Both the position numbers and the translations under genes were made by a program. This document shows, in pieces, positions 23,422 to 36,400 of a stretch of DNA of 48,133 bases (the stretch's first letter is position 1; every line of letters begins with the position of its first letter). Below the pieces are notes generated by a model. That model was not told where the DNA came from and made no database searches. It saw only the letters and a program-made list of their open reading frames with translations. This DNA is from Catajapyx aquilonaris (lineage: Eukaryota): positions 62,001 through 110,133 of the forward strand of contig KZ538164.1 of assembly GCA_000934665.2 (NCBI GenBank). Reading direction: 5' to 3'.

Positions 23422-26400
23422 TGAAACGGCGCCAGCGCTGTGTGCGAAATGAACTTGTCCAGGGGTAGAGGTTGTGTGAATCTAATACCCTAATAGTTGT
23501 ATATGTTTACTATTTTATGCGATCGATCCAGAGCCACAACTGTGCTTGGAACAAACCTTATCTCAACTTGACAGGAAAAATAGCCTTAAAAATGTGGCCT
23601 CAAAAAAAATTGAATACAAGCTGAGGTTTCAATAAATTGGAGTTAGTAGGTCACTGCACTGTACATATTTATGCGACCTGATAAAATGTGGGTTCTCCTA
23701 ATATGGAGCTATTTTTGACTGACCTGCAGCGTCCTGTTGAAATCTGCTAAAATGGGATTTTGCTGCTAATAAGAAAACTGGGCCGACTGCCCCCTCCCAT
23801 GCTTTAATAATCACAGTGGAGAGAGAGAGAATTAGCCTTTATGACAATGGCAAACCTGGGGAAATGTTTAGGCGCTGAGACTGTAGGATTATCCGGGCTT
23901 GTTTAATGATGTCAACGCACACTGTGTGTATGACGCTAGGTTCAAACACAAAGTAGATAGAGGAGCCGGAGACAACAAAAAAATTTCTCCATATACCAGA
24001 GAGTCGTGGTCCAATAATAATAAAACAAAGAAGACAAAATTACATAACTATCATCGTACTGCAGCAGTTAACACTACAGTCGAGTAATGCAGTGTGGACA
24101 GTGGTGTGGATGTCAATGGACAGGCCAAGGACACGGCCTTGGAAGGATGCCGACATTGGACAATTTGTCCAGCACAAAAAAACGCAGTCTGGGGGATGAT
24201 AAAAGTTAAGCATCGGAAAAGTTGCAGACATTTCCGTGGAGCTGCATCGCTTTATACGTAACTGAATACTTCTCTACTCGTCACATTGTGACAATTATTT
24301 TACTGCTATACTATTTCCTCAATATTGAACAACTGTGGGGAGTGCAGCAGCCTGTATTTCCCACTCTGATCATGTTGGCGTCACTTGTAGCAGAACAAAA
24401 AAAGGAGGGCAGGGAATTGAGGGATTATTATTGTTACAGGCCAGCAAAACGTGCTGACCGGCTTTGTTTTTCCCCTGCCCTGAAACTGAAGCCTGTGCAA
24501 TGATATTTGTCAAGAACAGTCAGCCGGGATTAATTTTTCACCCAACTAATGCTTGTCGTATCCAACTGGAATCAACCAGCAATCTGCAGAACCGCTTTAT
24601 TAATGTTTCAGGGGTAGAATGATTTTTTACCCCAATTTTATTTTTGGAATCGGTTAATTTTTAGCCTGGAGCTTCGATGGCGGAACACACCAAAAAACTG
24701 GTTCCGACTCGTCTCCAGCGCTATTGATCTGGCTTTGCCATGCAATTTTTTTTAAAAAAAAATTCTACCCTCTCAGCTTCACTCATATACATGGAGTGAA
24801 TTACGGACTGCTTGTCTAGTCATTTGTAGTATGCGACGCTTAACTACAACTTGAGGCCAGCCTGCACATTTGGACAAATTTATGGCGTCCTCCACTATAT
24901 ATACGGGGAGGCTCAACCCCCACAGAAACACTGCAGCCGGAGATAAAACCTTGTTATATCATCCCAGAGCGCACGATTTTCGCCAAACTGCCCCAAGTTT
25001 TACTCTTCCCTCCTCTCTACTTGCCTTTTGCTTGGAAGCACGATAGGGAGCAATCAAAAACCGAGCCTAATTTCCAGAATAAAAACGTCGCAAAATAGTG
25101 TCCGCACTTAATTCCTTAAAAAAAAATTTGAGCCGAATTCCCCAGCCATAAAGTGGCCTAGGAGGACTGACATTATTTGCGGAGAAATGTAGGTCACGTT
25201 CTTCAAGAATTTGGTGGGAATAATACAACTACTCGTAACATATTATGAGTGTGTTCTCTTCTGGATGTGCTGTTCAGCAGCCAAATTTACGACCCCCTCT
25301 TTTTTTTTTGAAAAATTATACCACTTCCCGTGGGACAAGTGCCAACAATCCTCACCTGCTATGTGTGTAATCTGCGTGTGTCACCATTGAAGACTCTCAA
25401 GCTTTTTGTAAGTGGGCTTATGCCCACGCCCGTACCCTGATTTACCAGATGCTTCGTTTATAACCGGGCCCCTGGTTTATTTTTGCTGCATACCGATTCG
25501 CATTTGGCATTCTGTAAACAAGCGGTGTACTTTATTTCTCTTTAAAAACCCCAGGTGCTGAGTGTGGAGACGGTTACATAAGAAATGGAAAAAAATTGGA
25601 CTGCTATACCCCACGTAAATTATGGGCTGGTTGAAAATATTGCGTGCGTTCGGGGATTGGCCGTATAAGCAGTATTAGGCACTCAAGAACTATAGGGAAC
25701 AGGCTGACCCGTCGGGAATATGGAGCTTGTTTATTGGTTCAGGTGCTCTAAATTCCTCACAAATAGCTCATTATGCAATACTGACAAGCCCAGGCCTTTT
25801 CCCCCCTCCTCCTGGCAGCACCTTCCTGTCCCTTTGAAGGCATAAAAACCCTAGTCAGGAGGTTTATCGGTCAATAAGCCAAAACGTGACGAGTCATTAA
25901 AGTCGACCCTTAATGAACGCCAGGAAGTAAAGATTTCTAACGCGATTTTTGCATCCATTAACATGGCATAAAGCCAGAGTTGTAAATGAAAAGTTCGCAC
26001 GTGATACACCCGATTCATCGACATATGCGGAGCATCTCAGTGAAAAAAAGGGCATTATTTTTTGAAACGCAGAATGTGGGGCTAATGCACTGTATATTGC
26101 GAATTCCATGTCGGTGTGTGGAAAATCGCGGATTTATTTCAAGGTCGCGTGTAATACATGCGGGATGCAATGGCAGCAGGTCTGGTATTGATCTCTAGTG
26201 GCGCCAGTCTATTCGTATTAGTACGAAGGCGCGTGTCTGCTAGTCAATTCCACTTCTCTCCAACTCTCGCCTAGTATTTTTTTTTAGTTGACTATTATTA
26301 TCGTTCTTGGCCGCAACCTTGCTGCCGGCTGATTTGCTATTCGCCCATTGACAACATAAATGAAAGATAAGTGCTCCCCCCAATGGAACCCATGTTTTCC

Positions 26401-29400
26401 GGGTGTGGGCAGAGGGTGCGGACGCAGTGGGCCATCACATCCCCCAAACCCAACCCCCCCCCAACCCCTACATTTCATATTTTATTGTTACATTGTTTAG
26501 GGCAGATTAACTTATCGCGCTCTCCCTAGGCGATGGCAGTAAATTTAAAAGCCCTCGCGATATGGAACTTTATGCGCCGCATTACATTCGGGCATTCGAT
26601 ATGCGCCGAGACTCTATTTATGGGCTGCAGTCACAGTGGTCAGTAATATTTTATCCCATTTTGCGCACTGCTCCTATGCTAATTAAGCGCTTTAAAAAAT
26701 TGTGGGGGGGGGGGGTCGACCGGTTGCAAAAATATTCCATGCACGTAATGACATCTGGGACCCTCCGGACCTTGTAAGTACACTGCCGGTTTGTTCCATG
26801 AAAATCGAGAGGAAACCAAACCTTGCAGAGATTAAAATAAAATTAAGGCTATTAAAATATGATGGAGGGTCGACAACTAAGTTTATTGTAGCCTGAAGAG
26901 TGTAGCCTACTGGTGATTTCCTTTTAGCATGTTCGCAATAAAAAAAATTGAAGTGGATGCAAAGAAAGAGGGATTGATAAGCGTCATAATGTGCACACAA
27001 AAGGACTCTCTGGAGCATCGCTCAGCCTCAGAAAAATGGACGTGTGGAGGAGGAAATGGAAGTGAATAGGTCTGTCGCACATTCTCTTCCTCTGAAGAAT
27101 ATTACATCTTTCATTGAGCCCATCTCTGAATGGGACAACCTCATACCGCGCCTTTGCACAGAGCGAGAGGAGAAAAAAAAATCTGGAGAAAAAGGAAGGT
27201 GTGGAAATGGGTAGGTGTTAAATATATATAAAAAAGTGAGCACTCTGAGAAAATCAGGATGATTGGGAGTCCACCACTGCACTTTCAGCTCCCTCTTTTT
27301 ACACCCTCTCTTCACATACACAAAAAAGAGAGAGGGTGGGGACTGGGGAGGATATAAAAAGAGTAAAGTTGGGGTTGGTCAAGCCTAGTGCTGATGTGTT
27401 CCGTGATAAAGTTCCTGACAAGCGGCTCATGAACTTGAAGTTGCGGGTAGAATTGGCTCTCCATCCGCCGCAGGGGTTTTCCACTCCTCTCTTCAAACCC
27501 AACCCTATACACACCATTTCACGTGCTCTCTATTTTTTTGTTGGTTTCTCTCCTTTTTTTCTAAGAGACACTATAGAAAATGGCTGCCAACATCTTACTT
27601 TACTTTTATCAAGACTTTTATGGCCGGCTCCCTCGCAAGGAATATTTCTGAACTGTGGCCGGAAGGATTTGCGCCTGTTGATTTTTTAAATCTTATATTG
27701 CACATCACAGAGGCGCAGATCTTGTAAGCTACTTTTTCCCCCACCTTCCATCCCTCCATTCCCATACTTCCGGCCCAGTTGTGCTTATATTTTCTTAAGA
27801 AGAACACACAAAATGAGAGAACTGACGGGTCTAGCAGGCTCGATAGAGGGTTTTTGCAACAAGAAAAGAGCCTAAACGCTTCAGGGCACTTGCTGTATAC
27901 ATATTCGAGTGCCACAATTATTTTGAAAATCTACAAAGATTTAGTTGCATATTAGCAGGTCAAAAAAATGCGAAATGAAATTGTGTATTAATCATATCAA
28001 CCCAATGTAGCTTTGAAAAATTACTCATGCATGTGATTACCCAGGGACGTAAATTGAATGCTGATCACTACTGATTATTAAACTTGCATTTTTTTGTAGT
28101 GACTTAAATTTTCTGGAGCGCACTGCTTTGTACATTTCTAATAGATCTTTCTGCCATTTGTAATAATTAAAAAGCATGGAAATCCAGCTTTTTTCATCTT
28201 GTTTTATGTTTCAGAAGTATTGTCACGCTATGTAGGTCTAAATAGCAATTTAGCTTTAGGAATTCACAAAGAAGGAAAATATGCACCTCCTCTTGCACAG
28301 AGAAAGTTCCCCGAATCCAAAGTACCGGTACTGTAATATCTCCTTGAGACATATAGCATTACCACACTTTGCATACGCGCAAAAAAAAAAAACTGGAGCA
28401 GCATGTCGAATAGACGCAGTACCTCGCCTCCATATATACTGAAGTTACTTTGTACGACACTACTGTAGAAAACCCCGTCGACCGCCGTCGACTAAGCAGA
28501 TTACTACCAGCTCTTTCGGCCTTTTAAAAGAGCTTTTCCCACTACTGTATGCAACCCATTTCACTCAAAATGGCTGCCCGTACAGTTTCTCTTTGTCTGG
28601 CTTGGAAATGGACTCAAATGTTTGATACAATGCGGCGCAGTAAGTAGGCCTACAGCAACCGACACCTCACACTGTATTGAATCCGATAAAATCTATTAGC
28701 ACTACCCCATACAGTCGTGTATTGCCATTGAGCGTATATATCCAGCTGTTATCAGGTTTAGAAAAGGTTAGTCTTCAGGGATGCTGTTTGAGTCCCTTGG
28801 AGCACTTGTTGAGAGGGGGAATCGGGCGCCATTAAGTTGGCCAACGTAGCTAGTAGCTAGCTCAGGAGATCCGAAAATTGATTTAAGTGGGCGAAATTCT
28901 GGGCACGCGTGCGGAGTCCTTAACACGCGGCGGCGGATCCTCTTCCCCATCCCGAGAGCCTCCCCCACCGGAGTTTCCAAGCTCTCTTTCCTTTCCCCCC
29001 AGAAAACCCGGGGCCTGGCTCCCGGATTCCTCTCTCGCGCGCTTTTGCTTCTCTGGCCTTGCCTCCAAATTTCCTAGGAAGTAGAAGCTGCAGCCAGCGT
29101 CTGTCGAAAATCCCTCCGACAAGAGTGAAACGCTCTTCGATCAGCTTTTCATTTCAGCCGCCAACTCGATCCTTATCCAGTCTTGTGGGGGGGAATCCGA
29201 AGTAAAAATGTCTGTCCTAAAAAAAAACAGGATTTGTTTTTCTACTACCCAAGAGTGTCTGACACCACCTATAGCAGATCTAATAATTGCTGTGCTCTCG
29301 TCCCTCTTTTTCTCTGAGAAAGTATATACAGACTGCTTCTTGCACAATTCTTATCTGCTGGTTTTGTCTGGCTGGCGTCTCCTCCAGCAGCATCCGATTT

Positions 29401-32400
29401 GTTTAGCTAGCAGGCAACATCAGCTGATTACGGCCAGTGGAAAACAAAAGGGCGTCATGTTACTGCTGCCGCCCCGCGATGATAATCTGGCTGGACCAGG
29501 CTACAGTTACTCGGATATATAGTTTGGCAGGGATTATTCCAGAGCTACTCTTCGCCAGACCTATTGTTCGCTCGCTGGGTTATTTTTTTGTGGTTTTCTC
29601 GCTTTGTGTTGCTCTATAAGCTGCTATCTTGTGTAGCCTATTTCCCCCCCCCCTCGCTCTCAGCCAGCATCCAAGCATTGTTGTGGGCACAAACAACAGC
29701 CCACCCAGGTTGTATCGCAGAGGTCATCTCTGAACATTTTAGGCGTTTAAAACCACGCTTTAAATGCCGCTTGTAAGATGTTTCCAAATGATGTGAGTGA
29801 GGTTGGATTGGATGGCCGCCATCTTGAGTCCAGACGTTGTAGCTTGGTGCTAATAGGACGCGACAATCCTTCCGCTCAACACGCTGCTTAGAGACAACAA
29901 TTCATCCGGAACAACCAGTAGGCGTGCTATCAGCTCATCTCCGAGAGCCTTTCTCTGCTGCTTATCTTGTAAGCAAAAGGGCCGCGTGCGGTTTGCAGAA
30001 AATCCATGGTCGGCGGCGGTTTCGGTAGTCAACTTGGAGCCAAAAGGCCTTGGCCAAACCTCCCCCCATCTTGGCAGAGGAAGCACACCACTCGCATCTC
30101 TTTGCTTGTACCCCCCCCCCCCCAAGCCCCCGCAGACTTCATCGCCTAATGAGTTAATTATTAGGTGGGGGCCCCCCCAAACTCTGCTGGCTTCTCCCTG
30201 AGAGAGACGACTCTTGAAGAGAGACCAAGCCCTGGCAACAACAATCGTCGGTTTTCGGATGGGAGATTCGGCAACAATGGGGCAACCCATCGGTGCAAAA
30301 TAGACAGAGTGCTAAAAGCCTGCCGAGTTGAAATACGAGGCAGCTTGAGCTGGCGGATCCACCTTGCATGTATAAAATAGAGGAAGGAGGAAGGGGGGGG
30401 GGGAGGAGAAAGGATTTATGCGCTCCGATTAGACGCAAGGTAGCACAGGAATAAATTCCTCCGCGTCTTATGAATGGAATGGCAAATTAGTCCATAAAAG
30501 CCTCTGTCGATTTCAATGCAAACTTGGGCTTATCAGGAGTGCAAGAGCGGTCGGGATTTTACAGACAACAAAATAATATTCTGCACAAATAATTTTTGGA
30601 TGAGTTCGTCTGCCCCCCATCTGTAATAACACGATTGTTCAGCCGTGATCTTTTCATACAGTACTCAGTATGTGCTGACTTTTCCTATTCTCTCGATGCA
30701 TGCAAATGGTCCCTAGCTGTCTATTGTGCAAGCACTTTGTGCATGACGTCACACAGGGGGTAATTAAGTGTCTCCCCGGTTAGGACTCAAAATGCGCCGG
30801 GCTTGTGCTGTATGAACGTGTGCTAACCTGATTATATCAGTCATCTAGTTAACGGAATTGAACCGACGCGGGGATATAATCGGGCGCTTTTGAAAACGCA
30901 TTACTTGCAGTCAGCCTGGGCTGGAAAAAAAATAAAACAGGAGTTGAACAATAGCATCACGAGATTTGGAGCGATTACTGGAAATTGAAGTAAAATGTGG
31001 CTTAAAAAATCCGATATGCTGACATGTCAGCAGTTTGTATGCAACAGCAAGTTATGATGCTTTTTGTAAGGATCCTTGCAACTATTCAACTCTGAATCAT
31101 TTGATTTCACTGGTGGAATGATGTTCATGAGGCATCCTTTCCCATTTTGGCGAATCCTACCTGAGAGCGGTTTCCGCAGATCCTTTCCTTCCCTCAACAT
31201 GCCCGCGATCAAAGGAGAAAGGAACTTTGCTAACTTGACCGATTTCGCCAACTCGGGAAGTTTACAGCAGTAATTTCAAGAGGAGTTATTGCCATTGTCA
31301 TGCCCCGTCTATACGGCGATGCTTTTCCCGAGTTGATTTATTGACTTTGTGACGACCAAGATGCAAATGAAGATGGGAAAATTTTTATAGTCGCTCGGAG
31401 ATTCAAGCTACACTTACAACTCCCATAAAAAGGCAGGCTAAGTAAGGGAAAACTCTTCGTCCTATTTTTTTACCGCCATGCAATGCTTTTTAAGGAAGAA
31501 GAAAAAAAAGTAACGGAGAAGAAGTCTCCTTGCTTGTATCCCTCGATGTTAATCTAGCGTCGAAAAAAAAGAGAGCAAAGTTTTTTGGAATCATTGTTTT
31601 TCATCCCCTTATTCTCGTCTCGCACTTGAATGGTTAGGAGGTGGATTGCACTTCTGTTGATGAGCTCCCGACTTTTGAAAGGGCCTCATTCAAGCCTTCC
31701 TTCTCTTTTTTTCTCCCTTAAGAGAGAGAAAGAGAGAAAGAGAGAGAAGGAACGCGACTTAACGCACAAAGTTGCCCGAGTCTTTCGGAGAAAATTGGAA
31801 ATTCCTCCTCTCTTGTCATGCGGCAGCTTGACTAGCTCACCTAAACTTTGTAACAAATTGTGCACCTACGGGGATTTTTCTTTTGCGCCAACTTGCAAGG
31901 AGATCTCTGCTGGGCTAGATATTATTATTTTTACCTTAGCAGCTAACATACCTCACGTCAGTCTAATCTAGAAGTTCAATTGCTGTCTTTCGGGAACAAG
32001 GTTCGAATCTCACGCCGGCCATTCTGGATTCAAAATGGCCACCTACATCTCCTCACCCAACCTCTCTTATTTGTGTTGGAAATATTCCCCTGATCTTCTT
32101 CTTATAATATTAAAATCCTTCGTTGTATGTGTATATTATTACATAATTATGGCAAATTGTACTTGGCGTACACAGTGTTTGGGATTAGTAGGATTGAGTG
32201 CAGGTAATTGGTAGAAATGAGGTGGTCGATAGGTCGAGCCCTGAGCTGCTCTCTTGGCCAATTAGTCGCCATTATCTTAGCGGCCGGGCCACTTTGTTGC
32301 GATTAGGTCATCGATGGACCGGTGGATGGTGAGGCGACCAACCCGCCCGACCCAGAGAAGAGCATAAACACAAACAACTGGATTCTCAGGCTCCCAATAA

Positions 32401-33446
32401 AGCCCTTTTCGGTAGCAGGCTATATGATATTGCGGCCTTAACGGCCCAACGTTGCAAGCAGCTTATCGTAGCATATAACGGCAGCCGGAATTGCCCCTGG
32501 GCCATTTGCATATTTGGGCAGCTTTGGCCCGACACCAAGACGTACACATCGCGCAATCATATTTTAAAACGCTCGTCAGGACCGGGATGACCTTAGCCAT
32601 AAAAGGAAACCCTCACTTTACATAATTGCGCTGTGTATATGATACTCTCTTTTTTTATTCTAGATGTATTGCCGGATAATTATGGGGGGGGGGGGTCCAG
32701 CTCGTGGAGAACAGAGATTGTTTTCACTTGCGAGTTTGCAGCACCGTGACGTTACGCGGAATGCTGTCCACTCCACCGTTGACTTTTAAATATGACTGCT
32801 GCAATTTCATGCTGTGCGGGTAATTCTGCATCGCAACTGCACAAATATTTTTTTCCTTTATTTATTTCTCTGATAAAACACTAATTTTGTTCGCAACAAT
32901 ATTTGACCGGTGTAACCTGACCCGAGAGCAAATTATTGTTAGTCTTGGGTTTGGTTGTACCAATTTGGCATCGATTTCTGGCAGCTTGTTGGCTTTCTGC
33001 CTTGGTGGTGGTTTGGTAGATAGTGACTCTCTCGTTCACCCCCATCCTCATCTCCTCTCCTCCTCCTCCAACAACTCTTCCCCGCAAATTCGGTCTTTGC
33101 GTTGGAGCAGCATTCGTGTAGAGGAAGATAGAGGCCAACTCATTCCTTCCGGTTCCCTAGGGCTGGTAATCAGATTAAGTTGTAGCAACACAACGGGAAC
33201 GGACTGGTAATCCCTGCGAGACTCGTGTCAAACTGCGTCCAAAGCTTCTGGATTGGGGTCCAACCCGGAGCCTCCGGGTCTCTTGCTTTTCGTGGGAGGG
33301 AAAAGCCCCGTCCATCTCCCCCACCACCACCCCTTCCCTGCCCCCTTACTACTTGCTTGCACTGCAGACAACCTATTCCTCCAGGCAACTCTCTGTACTC
33401 AGCTGCACCAACTTGCAACAAACACAGTAAAGCATTTTAGGATTAC

Positions 33447-33480
33447 AGCCATGAAAAGACAAAAGCCATGAAAAGACAAA
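33447..33480. repeat. Perfect 17-bp tandem duplication (AGCCATGAAAAGACAAA x2)
   Basis: Read directly from the sequence; followed by a partial AGACAA. Confidence 0.9.
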
Positions 33481-36400
33481 AGACAATAAATGTAAAAAAA
33501 ATACCGTATTAAACACTCATTACAAGCGACCCTTTCACATTTATTGCCATGTTCGGCTGTACTACACGGTAAATTCGGTTAGTTGCGAATCCGCAGAATT
33601 TGCGAGAAAGCCGCTGTTACTAGAATACTAATTAACCATAAGCGCAAGTGGGTTATTGTCCCGCATATAAAGGCCGTAGCTTCATTGAAACTACTTGTTT
33701 ATATGCAACTGGCGCTACAATATCCGCTAATCTGTCCATTTCCCAACGCGCCGCAGATTTACCCGCGTTATAAGCCTTTATAGTGCTGCCCAGGAGAAGC
33801 ACAGGTATTTTCTTATCTCTCAAACCCAGCAAAACGATGCCGCATATGCTCATAAAATACATGCTATATTATGTTGTACATAAAATAATATTGTTCACTA
33901 CATCAGACACAATGTATAAGCTTATGTATGCATCAGCTTCATCTTTGCATCGTGACTAGAGAGTAAGTTCAAAGGGTCCAATTGACTGCTGGGCCTCCTT
34001 TATGCTGGCCCGATACTTGGCTCCTTTGTCTGGATAACACGACTCGTTATCGTGACCCGTTAGGAATAATTAAACTCAATCGATGGGACGCGAAATCCAT
34101 TAAATAGACAACGGAGGCTTTCTCAGGACCAGGTCACGTCGACGAGTCAGCAAAAAAAGCACGACTGAGACACGATTTTTGACCTCTGACAGTTAAGTAT
34201 CAATGTTAATGGGGAATAAAAAGAGTCGGTTTCTACTGTATGAAGTTGGAAAAATCTGATAACATAACTTCGGTAACTTCAACAAAAAGTACGAAATTGC
34301 TTGCGTCCAGTTTCTAACAAAAATCGGGCATAAATCGGGCATAACCCAAGCCAGTCCTCTCTGAATTAAATTCACATCCTTTATACAGGTTTCCAAGCTC
34401 GCAAAAGTTAACCAAGCATCATAAAACCGCCCACGTACACAGAAAATTACGGCTTCTGTGCACTTGAAGCAAGGGCATCATTGCTTCAAAAAAAAAAAAT
34501 CTTTGCCCCTTAAAGTTACATAACCAGACGAACAAAAGAGTCGCTTGGGTTACCGACCTTTCAGGATGAAACACAAGGTCAAACACATTTTCTTAGATTA
34601 TAAGCATGAGTTTCGTCCCCTACGAACAAAATATAAAAAGTGCCGAATTAAATTAGCATTTAGAGCGCGGCGTAATGACGCAGTTTCACTGACGTTAGAT
34701 AACGGCTAAATTTGGCTCAGACTTTAATCACCTTATCGTAACCCAATCCCAGCATTCAAATTTCTTCTGACACGGTAGCAAGGACGGGAGATTATCTTTG
34801 AGAAGGATATCTTGACGGATTCAAGACGTCAAGGGAAAAGCGCCCGTTTTTTTTACCCGAGGAGAAGACAGATTTATCACCGATTTTTAAAACCTGCTCA
34901 AAAAAAAAAAATCTTCTTAATTCGACTTGTCTCTGCTGCCAGATTTAAACGTTTGCAACCAAAAAGGACACGATATCAAAGGCTCGTTAGCGGCGAAGTC
35001 AAGGTCTTGGCAGCATTTCTCACTCTGAGAGTTTTTTTTATGGTGAGAATTGACCACTCATGCAAATTCTTGCGTCTTAAAATAAGCGCCGGATTCTCAG
35101 TCTGACGTTCACGCCGAGATTAAATCGTCAAGTAGGTAAAATCAGGTGCCTTTAAATGCTTAGCATGGCACAAGTTCCCTACGGTCTGGTGAGGGTTGCG
35201 AGGTTTGTGTTTTATTTGGAATTCATTGAGGACGAACGCAATAGAAAAGGAATGAGAGAGAAAAAGAGAGAAAATAGTCCTGGAGTGTCGTGGGCGTACT
35301 TAACGACGAATATTGCCGGTTGCACTCTCCGACGGCCGTCAAGCCGTGTCGACAGTGCATTAAATAAATTGCGTCAAGTGCGACAATGCTTCATATGAAA
35401 ATGGGCTCAGAAAAAAAACCGTTGCTTATTATGGTTACTTAGGTTCAAAAAAAGTTTTGTACAAAATTATAAGAAACATCTGCAGTAATGGAAACCATTA
35501 TTTGAATCCAAATCATAAAGGTAAAATTTTCCGACGTTTTACTAAATATTTTACAAGTTTTTTTTGCAGATTTTTGCAATGATAACCAGACGCGATGAAG
35601 TAAGGAGGGGCGGCTCCATTCCAGGAGACTTGTACTTATTCCTCGGGATATATGGCGGCCTCTTTACTCCGAGATCTGGAGAGAGTTGGATTATGTGTAA
35701 AATACTCGCTGCCTCTCCAAAGTTAAAATATGGAGCTACTTTTCAACCCCGTGGAATAGAAACCAGGGGGAAAGTCTTCTCCTCCTGCTGCTGCTGCTCT
35801 GGAAACTCTTGGCCGATTGCTCTCCGGGTTTTTCGACCCAATGTGATGAAATTCCGCGGCCGTTGCAATTTGCAGTCCCGCCAAGTCAAAGCCGACGTGT
35901 GCCGATTCCGATCCTTTGATACCCAGTTTTTTTTTTCTTCCCCCACCCCTCACTTTCTGTCGACCTCTCCCAGCAACCTGTCCTTTCCACCAAGAGCTTT
36001 CTACGAGTGTCTATTTTCTTTTCGAGGGGGACCTAGTTTCAGTTTAAACAGTGTGTCGGTGGCGATAACGGAGGGTTGAGCAAACCTTAGCTGGAAAGTG
36101 GAAAAAAATGGGGGGTCCTCTAATTACGAATTAGGAATTCAGAAGTGAGATACATGGAGAGGAGGATAAGTGATGGAGTGTAAGGCGATAAATCCGTGGG
36201 CCTTAAAGTGGCCTCATCGGAAAGGGTCAAAAGCACAAATATTGACTCTGGTTATCGCAGGAGGGGTCCTCCTCCGAGTGTAAAGCTGGTCAAAATTGCC
36301 TTCCTTATTATCCCATCCGTCCATGCGAGGAGAGAGACCAAAAAAATATTATCCGGGAGCAAACTGAACGAAAAAAATACGAGGATTTTAACCAGGGTGT

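Noticed and set aside
32000..32011. Pol III B-box-like GGTTCGAATCTC (tRNA/SINE?)
   Set aside because: No convincing A box or cloverleaf upstream; not callable as a tRNA.
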